Shown here: in pieces, positions 19,349 to 28,175 of the stretch
Layout of the letters: every line of letters begins with the position of its first letter
How positions within the stretch are numbered: the first letter of the stretch is position 1
DNA from: a virus
Strand: one strand, 5' to 3'
IMG/VR virus record: IMGVR_UViG_3300044641_005643
Length of the DNA stretch: 64,000 nucleotides
The notes under the pieces: model-generated
The model's input: the letters and a program-made list of their open reading frames with translations, nothing else
Told to the model about the DNA's origin: nothing
Database searches by the model: none
Position numbers and translations under genes: made by a program

Positions 19349-19420
19349 TCTCCTATGTTAAGATTTTAGCATAGGCTTGCAGAATTTGTAAAGCGGGATG
19401 AATGCCAAGAAAGGCCGCTG
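19349..19420 (-). ncRNA. candidate cis-regulatory (riboswitch-like) leader of queD-queE
   Basis: Stem AGCGG/CCGCT enclosing GCC/GGC, then hairpin CCTATG/CATAGG covering the AGGAG SD; perfect TATAAATA just upstream. Confidence 0.5.
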
Positions 19421-19430
19421 TGTAGAATTG

Positions 19431-19438
19431 TATTTATA
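19431..19438 (-). promoter_or_regulatory. T4-type late promoter
   Basis: TATAAATA. Confidence 0.6.
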
Positions 19439-19441
19439 CTG

Positions 19442-19990
19442 TTAGTTTTGCCACCAATTTTCCCAAGGGAAAACCACCCAACAGGGATCATCCAGTTTGT
19501 TGATGTTATGACTGCTATAGTCAATATTTTTAAAATTGCTAGATTCATTATTAATTAATACAGCAAATCTTACATTACGATTCCAGATGCCATCCCAGGC
19601 ATAATGCTGTGGCAGGCAACTGCTAGTCCAGTCTTTTTTGATCCACTCTAGTGTGGCACCTGAATCGTTAATGTCATCCACAATCAGAATATTTTTTCGA
19701 TAGGCAGGATCGGTATCAGCATCGCCTGAACCACGCTGATTTTTTGGGACATATCCAAATGCATGTTCGGCCATCCATAGATTACTTTCCGACTCACCGC
19801 CATCTCTCAAACTTACCTTGAGTGTTTCGCAAGGTACATTTAAGTAATGGCTAATCATTGTGGCAGCAGTCAAACCGCCTCTTGTGATACCTACAACATA
19901 GTCTGGGCGCCACTTGCTGTTAGTTATATCTCTACATAGAGTATTGACCATACCTTTTAGTTCTCTATTTGATATCACAAGCTGTTTCAT
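19442..19990 (-). CDS. purine phosphoribosyltransferase (Gpt/XGPRT-like)
   Basis: VVGITRGG, ILIVDDINDSGAT PRPP loop, WVVFPWE. Confidence 0.88.
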   Translation of the reverse strand: MKQLVISNRELKGMVNTLCRDITNSKWRPDYVVGITRGGLTAATMISHYLNVPCETLKVSLRDGGESESNLWMAEHAFGYVPKNQRGSGDADTDPAYRKNILIVDDINDSGATLEWIKKDWTSSCLPQHYAWDGIWNRNVRFAVLINNESSNFKNIDYSSHNINKLDDPCWVVFPWENWWQN

Positions 19991-20259
19991 CAGTCCCTCT
20001 CCATGTCAGCAGCTTCTTTGATTAGACTGATCAATTGATCCATGTCTTTGCAAAGAATTTTAGCTGTTGCCCAATCTCCGTTGTCGTCGCGCCCGCTGAT
20101 TTCTAACATAAACCCATTGTCATACATATAGACACTAAAGTTGTCATTGACTTTTTCGATTTTTTCATTCAGTTTCATTGTAGATTCTCCATTAAATTTT
20201 GCATTGTTGAGGTTTTTATTTTGAGACGGCCAAGCTGCTAATGGTTTAGTCTTACTCAT
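19990..20259 (-). CDS. hypothetical protein (alternative start 20178)
   Basis: ORF; GGAG precedes the internal MKLNEK. Confidence 0.65.
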   Translation of the reverse strand: MSKTKPLAAWPSQNKNLNNAKFNGESTMKLNEKIEKVNDNFSVYMYDNGFMLEISGRDDNGDWATAKILCKDMDQLISLIKEAADMERD

Positions 20260-20265
20260 TTCCCG

Positions 20266-20493
20266 TTATTTCAATCCTTTCTTTTTCTTTGATTCTTCAA
20301 TACCTGCTGCAATCATTTTTTTGAAAATTAATGTTACTCGGCCTTTTTCCTGTTCGGTAAGGTATTTTACTAACATTAGTTTATCGTCGTAGCTGTTGGC
20401 TCCTTTTAAAAACTCCTCTGGTACTGCCAATTTGGGTTTCTTTGGTTTGTACTTTTTTAAATTGGCTTTTACATCGTCGTTGTTGTCTGACAT
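20266..20493 (-). CDS. hypothetical basic protein
   Basis: ORF in operon. Confidence 0.6.
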   Translation of the reverse strand: MSDNNDDVKANLKKYKPKKPKLAVPEEFLKGANSYDDKLMLVKYLTEQEKGRVTLIFKKMIAAGIEESKKKKGLK

Positions 20494-20499
20494 TACGTG

Positions 20500-21177
20500 T
20501 TATTCTTTCCGATCTCCAAACAAGTGAAGCAAACTTAGAAACAAATTAATAAAATCTAAGTAAAGGGTAAGAGCACCCATGGCTTCAATTGCAGGACCAT
20601 CAGATTCCATCAACTGTTCTCTTATCTTTTGAGTATCATATGCTGTTAGGCCTAAAAAGATTACAACTGCTGCGGCACTAATTATGGTTTGAAGTAGAGA
20701 TGATCCTATAAAGATATTTACGATGCTTGTGATAATAATAGCGATTAGAGCCACAATCAAGTACTTTCCTAGGCTATCTAAACTTTGTTTGGTAAAATAA
20801 CCATACACACTCATGGTAGCAAATAGAATTGCTGCGCCAAAAAAAGCACTGACAATGCTGGCTGAAGTATATACAACAAAGATTGTGGCAAAACTTAACC
20901 CCATTAAGGCCGCAAAACCGTGAAGGCACAACTGCGCCACTGACTTACTGGGATTGTTTCCTAAAACGTATCCCACAGCAAATATAGCCGCTAGCGGAGC
21001 AAACAACACAATCCATTTGACAATTCCTGTAAATAGAAACGCCATTACGGCTGCATTAGATGATACCAAATAACTTACCACCATACTGGTGATTACCGCT
21101 AACGCCATGTTATTATAAACACGAATCATGGCATCATTGATTTCTGAGGCTGTTTTATAAGGTAAAGCGTATTCCAT
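20500..21177 (-). CDS. Bax inhibitor-1/YccA family membrane protein
   Basis: 7 hydrophobic segments; YDTQKI...ALTLYLDFINLF; start moved to MEYALP (AGGAG SD). Confidence 0.92.
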   Translation of the reverse strand: MEYALPYKTASEINDAMIRVYNNMALAVITSMVVSYLVSSNAAVMAFLFTGIVKWIVLFAPLAAIFAVGYVLGNNPSKSVAQLCLHGFAALMGLSFATIFVVYTSASIVSAFFGAAILFATMSVYGYFTKQSLDSLGKYLIVALIAIIITSIVNIFIGSSLLQTIISAAAVVIFLGLTAYDTQKIREQLMESDGPAIEAMGALTLYLDFINLFLSLLHLFGDRKE

Positions 21178-21187
21178 TTTAATCTCC

Positions 21188-21889
21188 TTATCTTGGTGCA
21201 AACTCTTGTTGCAGTTTGATGTTATCAAAAAATTCTTTCTTGACACTAGGGTCATCTTTGAACACACCTTTTAGAACTGTGGTCTGGGTGAGACTACTGT
21301 GTGCCATAATGCCGCGATTCTCGCAGCAACCGTGGGTGGCCTGAATGTATACAGCCACGTCTTTACTTCCAGTTGCAAATTCGATTTCTCTTGCAATGTC
21401 CATACAAAGCTCTTCCTGCAGAGTGCCTCTCCGGGCACACCACTGGGCGATTCTTGTATACTTTGAGAGACCAATGAGTTTGGGACCAGCAATAATCCCA
21501 ATATAAGCCACGCCAGTAACAGGCTGGTGATGATGGCTGCACACGCTTTTGAGCTCGCTTCGTACGACCAACATACCTTCGTATTTTCCATCAGTGTCAT
21601 TTGGAAATGCAGTTGCATTTGGAGTCGGTTCATATCTACCTGCCATCAATTCATTGTAATACATTTTGGCAAGACGCCGGGCTGTGCCTTGGCTGTTGGG
21701 ATCTGTAACTCTGTCAATAAGCAAAGTATCCAGCACTTGTTCAAATGCTTCAGTTGCTTCATCGATTAGCAAATCCTTGTCTGCATCATCAACATAACTG
21801 CTGATATTGTCTCCGGCCCAATATCTTTTGCCGTTTGCTTGCATTTGTTGTCTAATGCGATCACTTACTCGTGTGTATTTCATAATCAC
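21188..21889 (-). CDS. folE: GTP cyclohydrolase I
   Basis: SVCSHH, GLSKYTR, QEEL, HGCCENRG. Confidence 0.93.
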   Translation of the reverse strand: MIMKYTRVSDRIRQQMQANGKRYWAGDNISSYVDDADKDLLIDEATEAFEQVLDTLLIDRVTDPNSQGTARRLAKMYYNELMAGRYEPTPNATAFPNDTDGKYEGMLVVRSELKSVCSHHHQPVTGVAYIGIIAGPKLIGLSKYTRIAQWCARRGTLQEELCMDIAREIEFATGSKDVAVYIQATHGCCENRGIMAHSSLTQTTVLKGVFKDDPSVKKEFFDNIKLQQEFAPR

Positions 21890-21902
21890 CTAAATAAAAA
21901 TT

Positions 21903-21931
21903 ATTATACTAAAAATCCAGAAACTTGTAAA
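21903..21931 (-). promoter_or_regulatory. sigma70-like promoter for folE
   Basis: TTTACA-N17-TATAAT. Confidence 0.55.
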
Positions 21932-22437
21932 GTATATTTTACTTCCATTCCTGCATTGGTGCTCAAATGCAACACATTCGAATCCCAGATAAAACCGTCT
22001 CCTGCTTGCCAATTTACACTAGTTGTATATCCGTTATTCTCTTGATATTGAATAAATTGCCCAATTTTATAATCTTCCAGGTATATATTTGCTCTTACTT
22101 TTAACTCTGTTCTGTTAGGAAATCTTTTCGAAATCTGATAAAAAGTATCGCGATGCAAAGGAACAGTGCATCCTGGCGGTTGCATTATTGTACTTACTGT
22201 CACTACTTCAATTCCTAATTGATTGCCTAATTGTTTATAATCACACTGGGATTCATCCCACCATAATTGGTGTATTTTTGTGTTTTCAAAAACATATGAT
22301 TGAGGAAATCCTCCGTACTGTTCATGTATATCTGTTAATTCATAAACTTGATGTTTAATGCAACTACTACAATTTTGTGAATAATCTGCCTGTAAAAATT
22401 GGGTAAAATCATAATCAATATGTATTTTTTTAAGCAT
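21904..22437 (-). CDS. 2OG-Fe(II) oxygenase-like (DSBH) protein
   Basis: PLHRD (HxD) ... H.STN.G...KYTLQVSG; paralog of 25001-25525. Confidence 0.6.
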   Translation of the reverse strand: MLKKIHIDYDFTQFLQADYSQNCSSCIKHQVYELTDIHEQYGGFPQSYVFENTKIHQLWWDESQCDYKQLGNQLGIEVVTVSTIMQPPGCTVPLHRDTFYQISKRFPNRTELKVRANIYLEDYKIGQFIQYQENNGYTTSVNWQAGDGFIWDSNVLHLSTNAGMEVKYTLQVSGFLV

Positions 22438-23002
22438 TATTTTGCCTTGTGATATTGTTTGTAAAGTTATTTAGATGGGTTAACACTTGTTCTTTATTAA
22501 CCTCCCCAATTTTTTTCACAGGTGTTCCGCCATAAATTACCCACGGATCCAAATCTTGATTGACCAGACTATGAGCACCAATTCTTGTGCCTGTATTAAT
22601 AGTAATACCCGGTAGAACTGTAGATTTAGTTCCTAAAATAACATGTTCTTTCAAAGTAATATCACCATATTCCAAACCTTGTTCTACATTGTTATTATGC
22701 ACTATATGAAGTCCTGTTTGAAAATTATGGGTACCGCACATAAGAGTGCTATTACTACAAATGCAACTGTAAGGACCAACTGTTATTTTATTGTTTTGTC
22801 CGCCCATTAACACACTACCTGCTTCAATGGCACTGTGTTCATTTAAAATCAAACCTGTAGAGATAAAACAAAAATCATCAATTATAGTATTGTCGTGTAG
22901 TTCTACCAGTTCTGGAAAACGTATTCTAACAGTTTTACCAATTATAACATTCTTACCGATAAATTTTAATTTTTTTATATCAAAAAAGATATTATCATTC
23001 AC
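22430..23002 (-). CDS. hexapeptide-repeat (left-handed beta-helix) acyltransferase
   Basis: IGKNVIIG repeats; VLPGITI...IGAHSLVNQD...YGGTP. Confidence 0.88.
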   Translation of the reverse strand: MNDNIFFDIKKLKFIGKNVIIGKTVRIRFPELVELHDNTIIDDFCFISTGLILNEHSAIEAGSVLMGGQNNKITVGPYSCICSNSTLMCGTHNFQTGLHIVHNNNVEQGLEYGDITLKEHVILGTKSTVLPGITINTGTRIGAHSLVNQDLDPWVIYGGTPVKKIGEVNKEQVLTHLNNFTNNITRQNNA

Positions 23003-23615
23003 GTATTTTTATCTTTCTGCAGTCTGGATAATTGTATAATGAATCAACCTGTTCAACAAATTCATCATTAAGTAATTTATTCAAGCCTACAACACATTCT
23101 TCTGGCTTCAAATAATAATGGTATCCTATATCAAACTCCTGTTGCGTAGCCCAGTCGCGATATTTAAAAATGTCTCTACCGTCGTAGCGCATTCTACTTG
23201 CTTTTTCATATAAATTTTTGTCATCTGTTAATATACAACCGCCTTTACCAATTTCCAAAGGTTTAGTACGACCAAAACTAATGCATTGAATAGAATTTTC
23301 TACATACATATTTTTTTGAAAGTATCTTGCACAATCCCAAATATTACTGCCTTGAAAAACGTAATAATTTTTCCAATCTAGATCTAGCAAATCATAGGGA
23401 ATATTTAGTTTATGCATTATTTGTAAAACACTCAAATATGTTCTACACGGAAAACTAATTTTGTTATTTTGATAAGTTAATCGAAATGAAATTTCAATTG
23501 CATGAGTACAGCAATCAGTTGTAACAGCATAAGGAGCACCTGTAAATTCAGCTATTTCATGCTCAAATTCTAAAATAGCATCGAAAGCATTGTTATAGTC
23601 ATTTAATGTTTTCAT
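22995..23615 (-). CDS. DegT/DnrJ-family PLP aminotransferase-like protein (short)
   Basis: FEHEIAEFTG..YAV...CTHAI, DCAR, SFGRTKPL.IG.GG. Confidence 0.75.
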   Translation of the reverse strand: MKTLNDYNNAFDAILEFEHEIAEFTGAPYAVTTDCCTHAIEISFRLTYQNNKISFPCRTYLSVLQIMHKLNIPYDLLDLDWKNYYVFQGSNIWDCARYFQKNMYVENSIQCISFGRTKPLEIGKGGCILTDDKNLYEKASRMRYDGRDIFKYRDWATQQEFDIGYHYYLKPEECVVGLNKLLNDEFVEQVDSLYNYPDCRKIKIRE

Positions 23616-23619
23616 TAAA

Positions 23620-23973
23620 TTATTCTGATAGGTGATCTTTTTTAATTTCTTTGACTGAACAATGCAAGATATCTGCAATTGTGTTCTTGATATCTATTCT
23701 AGTGTTATTTAAATTTCTAATTTGGATCGCTCTTGATCCAATTTCTTCTAGTGAAAGATTTGATTCATTGCCTGATTTAAGTTCAGCTTCAAGATTCCAA
23801 ATGGCTATATGTATGCTATACAGTTTTTCAAATTCTTTATCAATCAATTCCCATTGAAATTTTTCAACAGCAGTTGAATAAAAATTATATTCTTGATAAT
23901 TGGCTCCGTTAGTTTTACCATATTTTAGTTTTGCAATTGCATATCTATCTATAAGTTCTATAACCGGAAACAT
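23620..23973 (-). CDS. hypothetical helical protein
   Basis: ELIDRY.I..LK ... IWNLE ... N..R..IKN.I. Confidence 0.7.
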   Translation of the reverse strand: MFPVIELIDRYAIAKLKYGKTNGANYQEYNFYSTAVEKFQWELIDKEFEKLYSIHIAIWNLEAELKSGNESNLSLEEIGSRAIQIRNLNNTRIDIKNTIADILHCSVKEIKKDHLSE

Positions 23974-25001
23974 TATAAGTAAAGACTTTCTAAATTTTGT
24001 GGTTGATCTATTATTTTTTGTATTTGAATATTACTTATGTTGGGCCTGCATGGAGCACAAAGATTAACATTTGTTTTGTTGTAAATTTCATTATGCCTAT
24101 CATTTAACCAAAGATCTCTAAAATCTCCTGTATCCCAACTGCCTAATTCAAATTTGGTATTTCCTTTTCCTTCACAACACACATATATTTTTCCATTCGC
24201 ACAGAATACAGGAAAATGATACATTTGATGACATTTTTTATAAGTTCGAGAAAGTGTTTTATTAATATTAATTTTATAATTTTGTTGATAGGTCTCACTT
24301 AAGTCTTTTAAAATAGATAATGTCGTTTCACTTATAGAGTATGCCTTATTGTTTAATATCACCGGACGGAAATAAAGAGTTCGTCCACCTAATTTCTTTA
24401 CTAATGCAAACAAATCATTAAAAGCTTCAAAATTATCATTGTGCTGATTGATTAGACATTTAAAATCAACATTACATCCTAAATCTATTAATGACTTGGC
24501 ATTGTCGCATACCTTATCAAACAAACTTTTTGAAGTTAAACTTCTTCTAATGACTTCGTATAAATTTTTTTCTCCAGCATCTATGTCTATACCAATCCAT
24601 GCAATTTTTTTTAATTTGTCAATTGAAACATTATCTCGCAGTTTATCTAAATTTGATCCATTTGTAGTTATGCTACATAAAAAACCCAAATCAATAGTGT
24701 GTTCAATAACTTTTTCGTAACCACTTAGAACAGTAGGTTCCCCACCACCGGGATATGTAATAGTATGTGTGGTTCCATAACTCTTTGGGCTGTGTGATCT
24801 CCAAGTTGATATTTTATCTAACAAAGAAATATATTCTTTATAATTTTTTTGCACAGGTTCTTTTTTACGAAATTCATAGGAGTTACAGTAAAAACAATCT
24901 TGATTACACACATTCGTCAAATCAATATCTACCTGTGCAGGCAGTATTTTCATTTGATCTTTATTTGACATCCAATGCACCAATTCAGCAAATTGATACA
25001 T
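23973..25001 (-). CDS. radical SAM/SPASM-twitch protein
   Basis: CNQDCFYC, GGGEPT, TTNG; C...G.IYVCC...G...C..C. Confidence 0.9.
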   Translation of the reverse strand: MYQFAELVHWMSNKDQMKILPAQVDIDLTNVCNQDCFYCNSYEFRKKEPVQKNYKEYISLLDKISTWRSHSPKSYGTTHTITYPGGGEPTVLSGYEKVIEHTIDLGFLCSITTNGSNLDKLRDNVSIDKLKKIAWIGIDIDAGEKNLYEVIRRSLTSKSLFDKVCDNAKSLIDLGCNVDFKCLINQHNDNFEAFNDLFALVKKLGGRTLYFRPVILNNKAYSISETTLSILKDLSETYQQNYKININKTLSRTYKKCHQMYHFPVFCANGKIYVCCEGKGNTKFELGSWDTGDFRDLWLNDRHNEIYNKTNVNLCAPCRPNISNIQIQKIIDQPQNLESLYL

Positions 25002-25525
25002 TAGATTCTTTCCACACCAGTTATTTGCATGGTATATCTAGGTTCTATTCCAATGTTTGCAGCAAAGTGAGAGGTGTTGTTGTTCCAAACTACATAGTCC
25101 CCTCTTTTCCAATTAACAAAACCTTGTCCATCAATTTCAAAATAATGTCCGCTTTTCCAATCTTCTAAAAAAACAATACAACGCCAAATTTTTGACGGAT
25201 CTTCTATATTATAAAGTTTTCTGTATGTAAGGTAACTATCATAATGTAGAGGAAACATGTTTAATGTTCGTTGGCAATAATAATTAATTGTCACATGATC
25301 CCAATCGAACATTGTTAAAAAAGGAACAGCGTACTCTGGCATATTTTTTTCTAAAGTTGGCATATTTACTGTCATGCCATTTAGTGTTACACCTACATAT
25401 CCTTGGCCACGCCATCTATCTTCGTCAAAAGTATTTTTAATTGGCAAATATTGAAAGTCTAATTGTTTAAAGGAATCATCCCACCAAGGATCAATATGAC
25501 CAAATTTGTATGAATGTGTTTGCAT
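25001..25525 (-). CDS. 2OG-Fe(II) oxygenase-like (DSBH) protein
   Basis: PLHYD ... FLEDWKSGHYF ... H.AANIG..PRYTMQITG. Confidence 0.62.
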   Translation of the reverse strand: MQTHSYKFGHIDPWWDDSFKQLDFQYLPIKNTFDEDRWRGQGYVGVTLNGMTVNMPTLEKNMPEYAVPFLTMFDWDHVTINYYCQRTLNMFPLHYDSYLTYRKLYNIEDPSKIWRCIVFLEDWKSGHYFEIDGQGFVNWKRGDYVVWNNNTSHFAANIGIEPRYTMQITGVERI

Positions 25526-25535
25526 TATAAAATAC

Positions 25536-26495
25536 TTATTTCATGTACCATTTATAAGCGGAATCTACTATTTGATCAAGTGTAGAATAACGTGGTTGCC
25601 ATTTTAAAATGTTTTGCGCTAAACTTGCATTAGCCACAAGTTGATCAGGATCGCCTGGACGTCTAGGTCCTATCTGTACTTTTACAGGTCCATAATTTAA
25701 AATTATGTAATCTATAATTTGTTGATTGCTTATTCCTTGATTTGTTCCTAAATTAAACACTGCCCAACGACCATCTGTGTTCCATTGGATAGCACGATAA
25801 TGTGCATCTGCCAAGTCCCAAACATGTATGTAATCTCTTATACATGTTCTGTCTGGTGTAGCATAGTCGGTACCGTTCAAAGTAAAATACTGGTCATTTA
25901 TTTTAGATTCTAACAATCTGGCAATAATATGATTAGCCCCAGATTCTTGACCAAGATCATAGTTGTGGGGTTCGGCTCCGGCAGCGTTAAAGTATCTAAA
26001 GCACACACTGGCTAGTCCATATGCCTGATTATAGTTTTGTAAAATCACTTCAACGATATCTTTTGAATGACCGTACGGAGTAATAGGTTTTACCCTGTCT
26101 GTTTCAACCAATGGAACACGATCAGGGTTGCCGTACACACTAGCACTAGAACTAAAAAGAACAAGCGGTTTCTTTTTATAATCCTTAACATGATTTAAAA
26201 ATGTAATAGTCTTTGCCACATTGTTGTCATAATATTTTGCAGGATCAAGCACACTTTCTCCAACAGAAATATCTCCAGCACAATGTACAATGACATCGGG
26301 TTGTAATTCATCTAACCATAATAAACTTTGTCGTGAAACATAATCAGTATGTAAGAAACCATCAACATTTTTTAGTGTGTGATCTCTACGTTCGCGATCA
26401 ATAATATACACACTAGAGTTTTCAATGCGTTGTTTTAGATAGCGGGCGATGTGGCTACCAATGTAACCACATCCACCTGTAATTACAATTTTCAT
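25536..26495 (-). CDS. galE: UDP-glucose 4-epimerase
   Basis: TGGCGYIGSH, VGESV..P.KYY.NN, FSSSA.VYG, RYFN.AGA, RDYIHV.DLA.AH, RRPGD. Confidence 0.9.
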   Translation of the reverse strand: MKIVITGGCGYIGSHIARYLKQRIENSSVYIIDRERRDHTLKNVDGFLHTDYVSRQSLLWLDELQPDVIVHCAGDISVGESVLDPAKYYDNNVAKTITFLNHVKDYKKKPLVLFSSSASVYGNPDRVPLVETDRVKPITPYGHSKDIVEVILQNYNQAYGLASVCFRYFNAAGAEPHNYDLGQESGANHIIARLLESKINDQYFTLNGTDYATPDRTCIRDYIHVWDLADAHYRAIQWNTDGRWAVFNLGTNQGISNQQIIDYIILNYGPVKVQIGPRRPGDPDQLVANASLAQNILKWQPRYSTLDQIVDSAYKWYMK

Positions 26496-27700
26496 TAATA
26501 CTTGCTTTCGTGCGTGTGTTTTCTGTAGTCTGTACTCATTCGCAACCAGGATTCTCCGTTGCCTTGGAGAATATCGCAGATCCTGTCAATTGTGAGATCA
26601 TTCCACGCACTGAATCGACCCATGTTTGGGTGCGGATGTTGTAAGAGGGGTACAAGTTTTTGTAGTGCATCTCTAATCGACCACGGGACATAAAGTCTTT
26701 CGCTATCATTTGCAAAAGCTTCTGGGAAACTTCTGTAGGCGGGGTATAATATATTAGCTCCAAGAGCGTCCGCTTCGCTTGCAGTATTTGAAACCCAATC
26801 CTGAAGAGCACAATTAAATAACACTCGCGTATCGTTGAGTAAAGCATAGTAATCATTCTTTTCAAGATCTTCATACACAGTCAGTTTTCCTTCGGCCTGC
26901 AGTCTGCGAGTACGATCCATGTAACTGCTATTGTTCGACCGCAATTTACTACCACTAAACACACAGAATTCAACTTGAGGCCAATTGTTATAAGGCATTG
27001 CTTGAAGTCTGTGATACTCTTCAATCAAATCCATGTAGAAGTCTGGTTGCTTCTCTTGATCCCAACGTGCTGCAAATCCCACACGGTACGCTCGATCTGC
27101 AAACTTTTTGAGTTCTCCGGGCACACGACCGCGAACTTCGTCCTTACCAAATGCCAATCCACTAATGTTATAAATCTTGCCCTTCCAGCCTGCAACCTTC
27201 ATGTGCATGACCATTTCTTCATTGGTAGCAAGAACAATGTCAGCAAAACTATCTACCATCTTTTCATAATGCCCCATCCATTCCTGCATGCCCCATACAT
27301 GAACAAAGTCATCAGGATCAATAGTTTGTGCAAGACAACGAACGGCAATGCGAGGACGCATATCGCTAGGCACTTGATCGAGAATGTAAGGTAGGCTCTC
27401 GATGCCGGGTTGAAACATGTCTTCAAAGTAGATAACATCTTCACTGGTAACTTCTCCTGCTTTCATCTTGCGAACCAGATTCATAAGTTGGCTCATGCCA
27501 AAATATGTACGACCGTGTGCATCCAACACTTGTCCTGTAACAATGGCTTGGTCATTGCTCAGTGTTTCGCCGGGTACAATTTCATAATTGATACCACGAC
27601 GTTCAAATACAGCACGATTCCACTCTTGCAATTGTAGTGTGTATCTTGCTTTGTAAGGCTCAAGGCCCATGTACCATAACTTACGCATCTCTCCACTCAT
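26495..27700 (-). CDS. GT-B fold glycosyltransferase
   Basis: FAARWDQEKQP, YYALL....LFNCALQD...EA, YRSFPE; start moved to MSGEMRK. Confidence 0.72.
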   Translation of the reverse strand: MSGEMRKLWYMGLEPYKARYTLQLQEWNRAVFERRGINYEIVPGETLSNDQAIVTGQVLDAHGRTYFGMSQLMNLVRKMKAGEVTSEDVIYFEDMFQPGIESLPYILDQVPSDMRPRIAVRCLAQTIDPDDFVHVWGMQEWMGHYEKMVDSFADIVLATNEEMVMHMKVAGWKGKIYNISGLAFGKDEVRGRVPGELKKFADRAYRVGFAARWDQEKQPDFYMDLIEEYHRLQAMPYNNWPQVEFCVFSGSKLRSNNSSYMDRTRRLQAEGKLTVYEDLEKNDYYALLNDTRVLFNCALQDWVSNTASEADALGANILYPAYRSFPEAFANDSERLYVPWSIRDALQKLVPLLQHPHPNMGRFSAWNDLTIDRICDILQGNGESWLRMSTDYRKHTHESKY

Positions 27701-27960
27701 AGCCAGCCCCCAGCTCTCGCAATACCAATTGCGCCAACAAAAATCCAGAAACCATTTAACAATGTATAGGCCTTGTCTTTCTTTAACATAGCACAATAAG
27801 TTAATAATATAGCGTCTAAGGTATTAACGATCCAAACTAACATAAATGGGCTAGCTGGTCCTAACCATGACACTAAACTAAAACAAAAAATACGCATAAC
27901 TACCCCAGCCATTTCCATCTGAGATATATTATTTTTAATGAAGTCAGTGATTAATTTCAT
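27697..27960 (-). CDS. small membrane protein
   Basis: 3 hydrophobic segments. Confidence 0.65.
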   Translation of the reverse strand: MKLITDFIKNNISQMEMAGVVMRIFCFSLVSWLGPASPFMLVWIVNTLDAILLTYCAMLKKDKAYTLLNGFWIFVGAIGIARAGGWL

Positions 27961-28175
27961 GTGCGTTCTTTTTTAGCATACCACATGTTGCGCGGTTCAC
28001 GACCTTTGAGACTGCGTTGAAAATCACCCCAGGGAGTTTTTTCATTGTATAGATGACGTTCGTCAAACGGGTGTCCGTATTGCACACAAAATTCACGATA
28101 ACGTTCGAGGTCATCAAAAATTTGATTGACTTCGGGTTTCATAGTCAAATACTTCTTAAGCCATTTAGCGGCCAT
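27957..28175 (-). CDS. hypothetical protein
   Basis: GGAG SD; coupled ORF. Confidence 0.75.
   Translation of the reverse strand: MAAKWLKKYLTMKPEVNQIFDDLERYREFCVQYGHPFDERHLYNEKTPWGDFQRSLKGREPRNMWYAKKERT

Noticed and set aside
19349-19420. Known preQ1-I riboswitch
   Set aside because: No UUCR-type loop with A-rich tail in the expected arrangement; kept only as an unassigned candidate
19366-19548. 60-aa ORF overlapping the queD leader
   Set aside because: Out-of-frame overlap with the PRTase gene and no SD; the region is better explained as promoter plus RNA structure
23973-25001. Second QueE or an anaerobic RNR activase
   Set aside because: Lacks the SIQGEG motif and has a SPASM-like tail; function left unassigned
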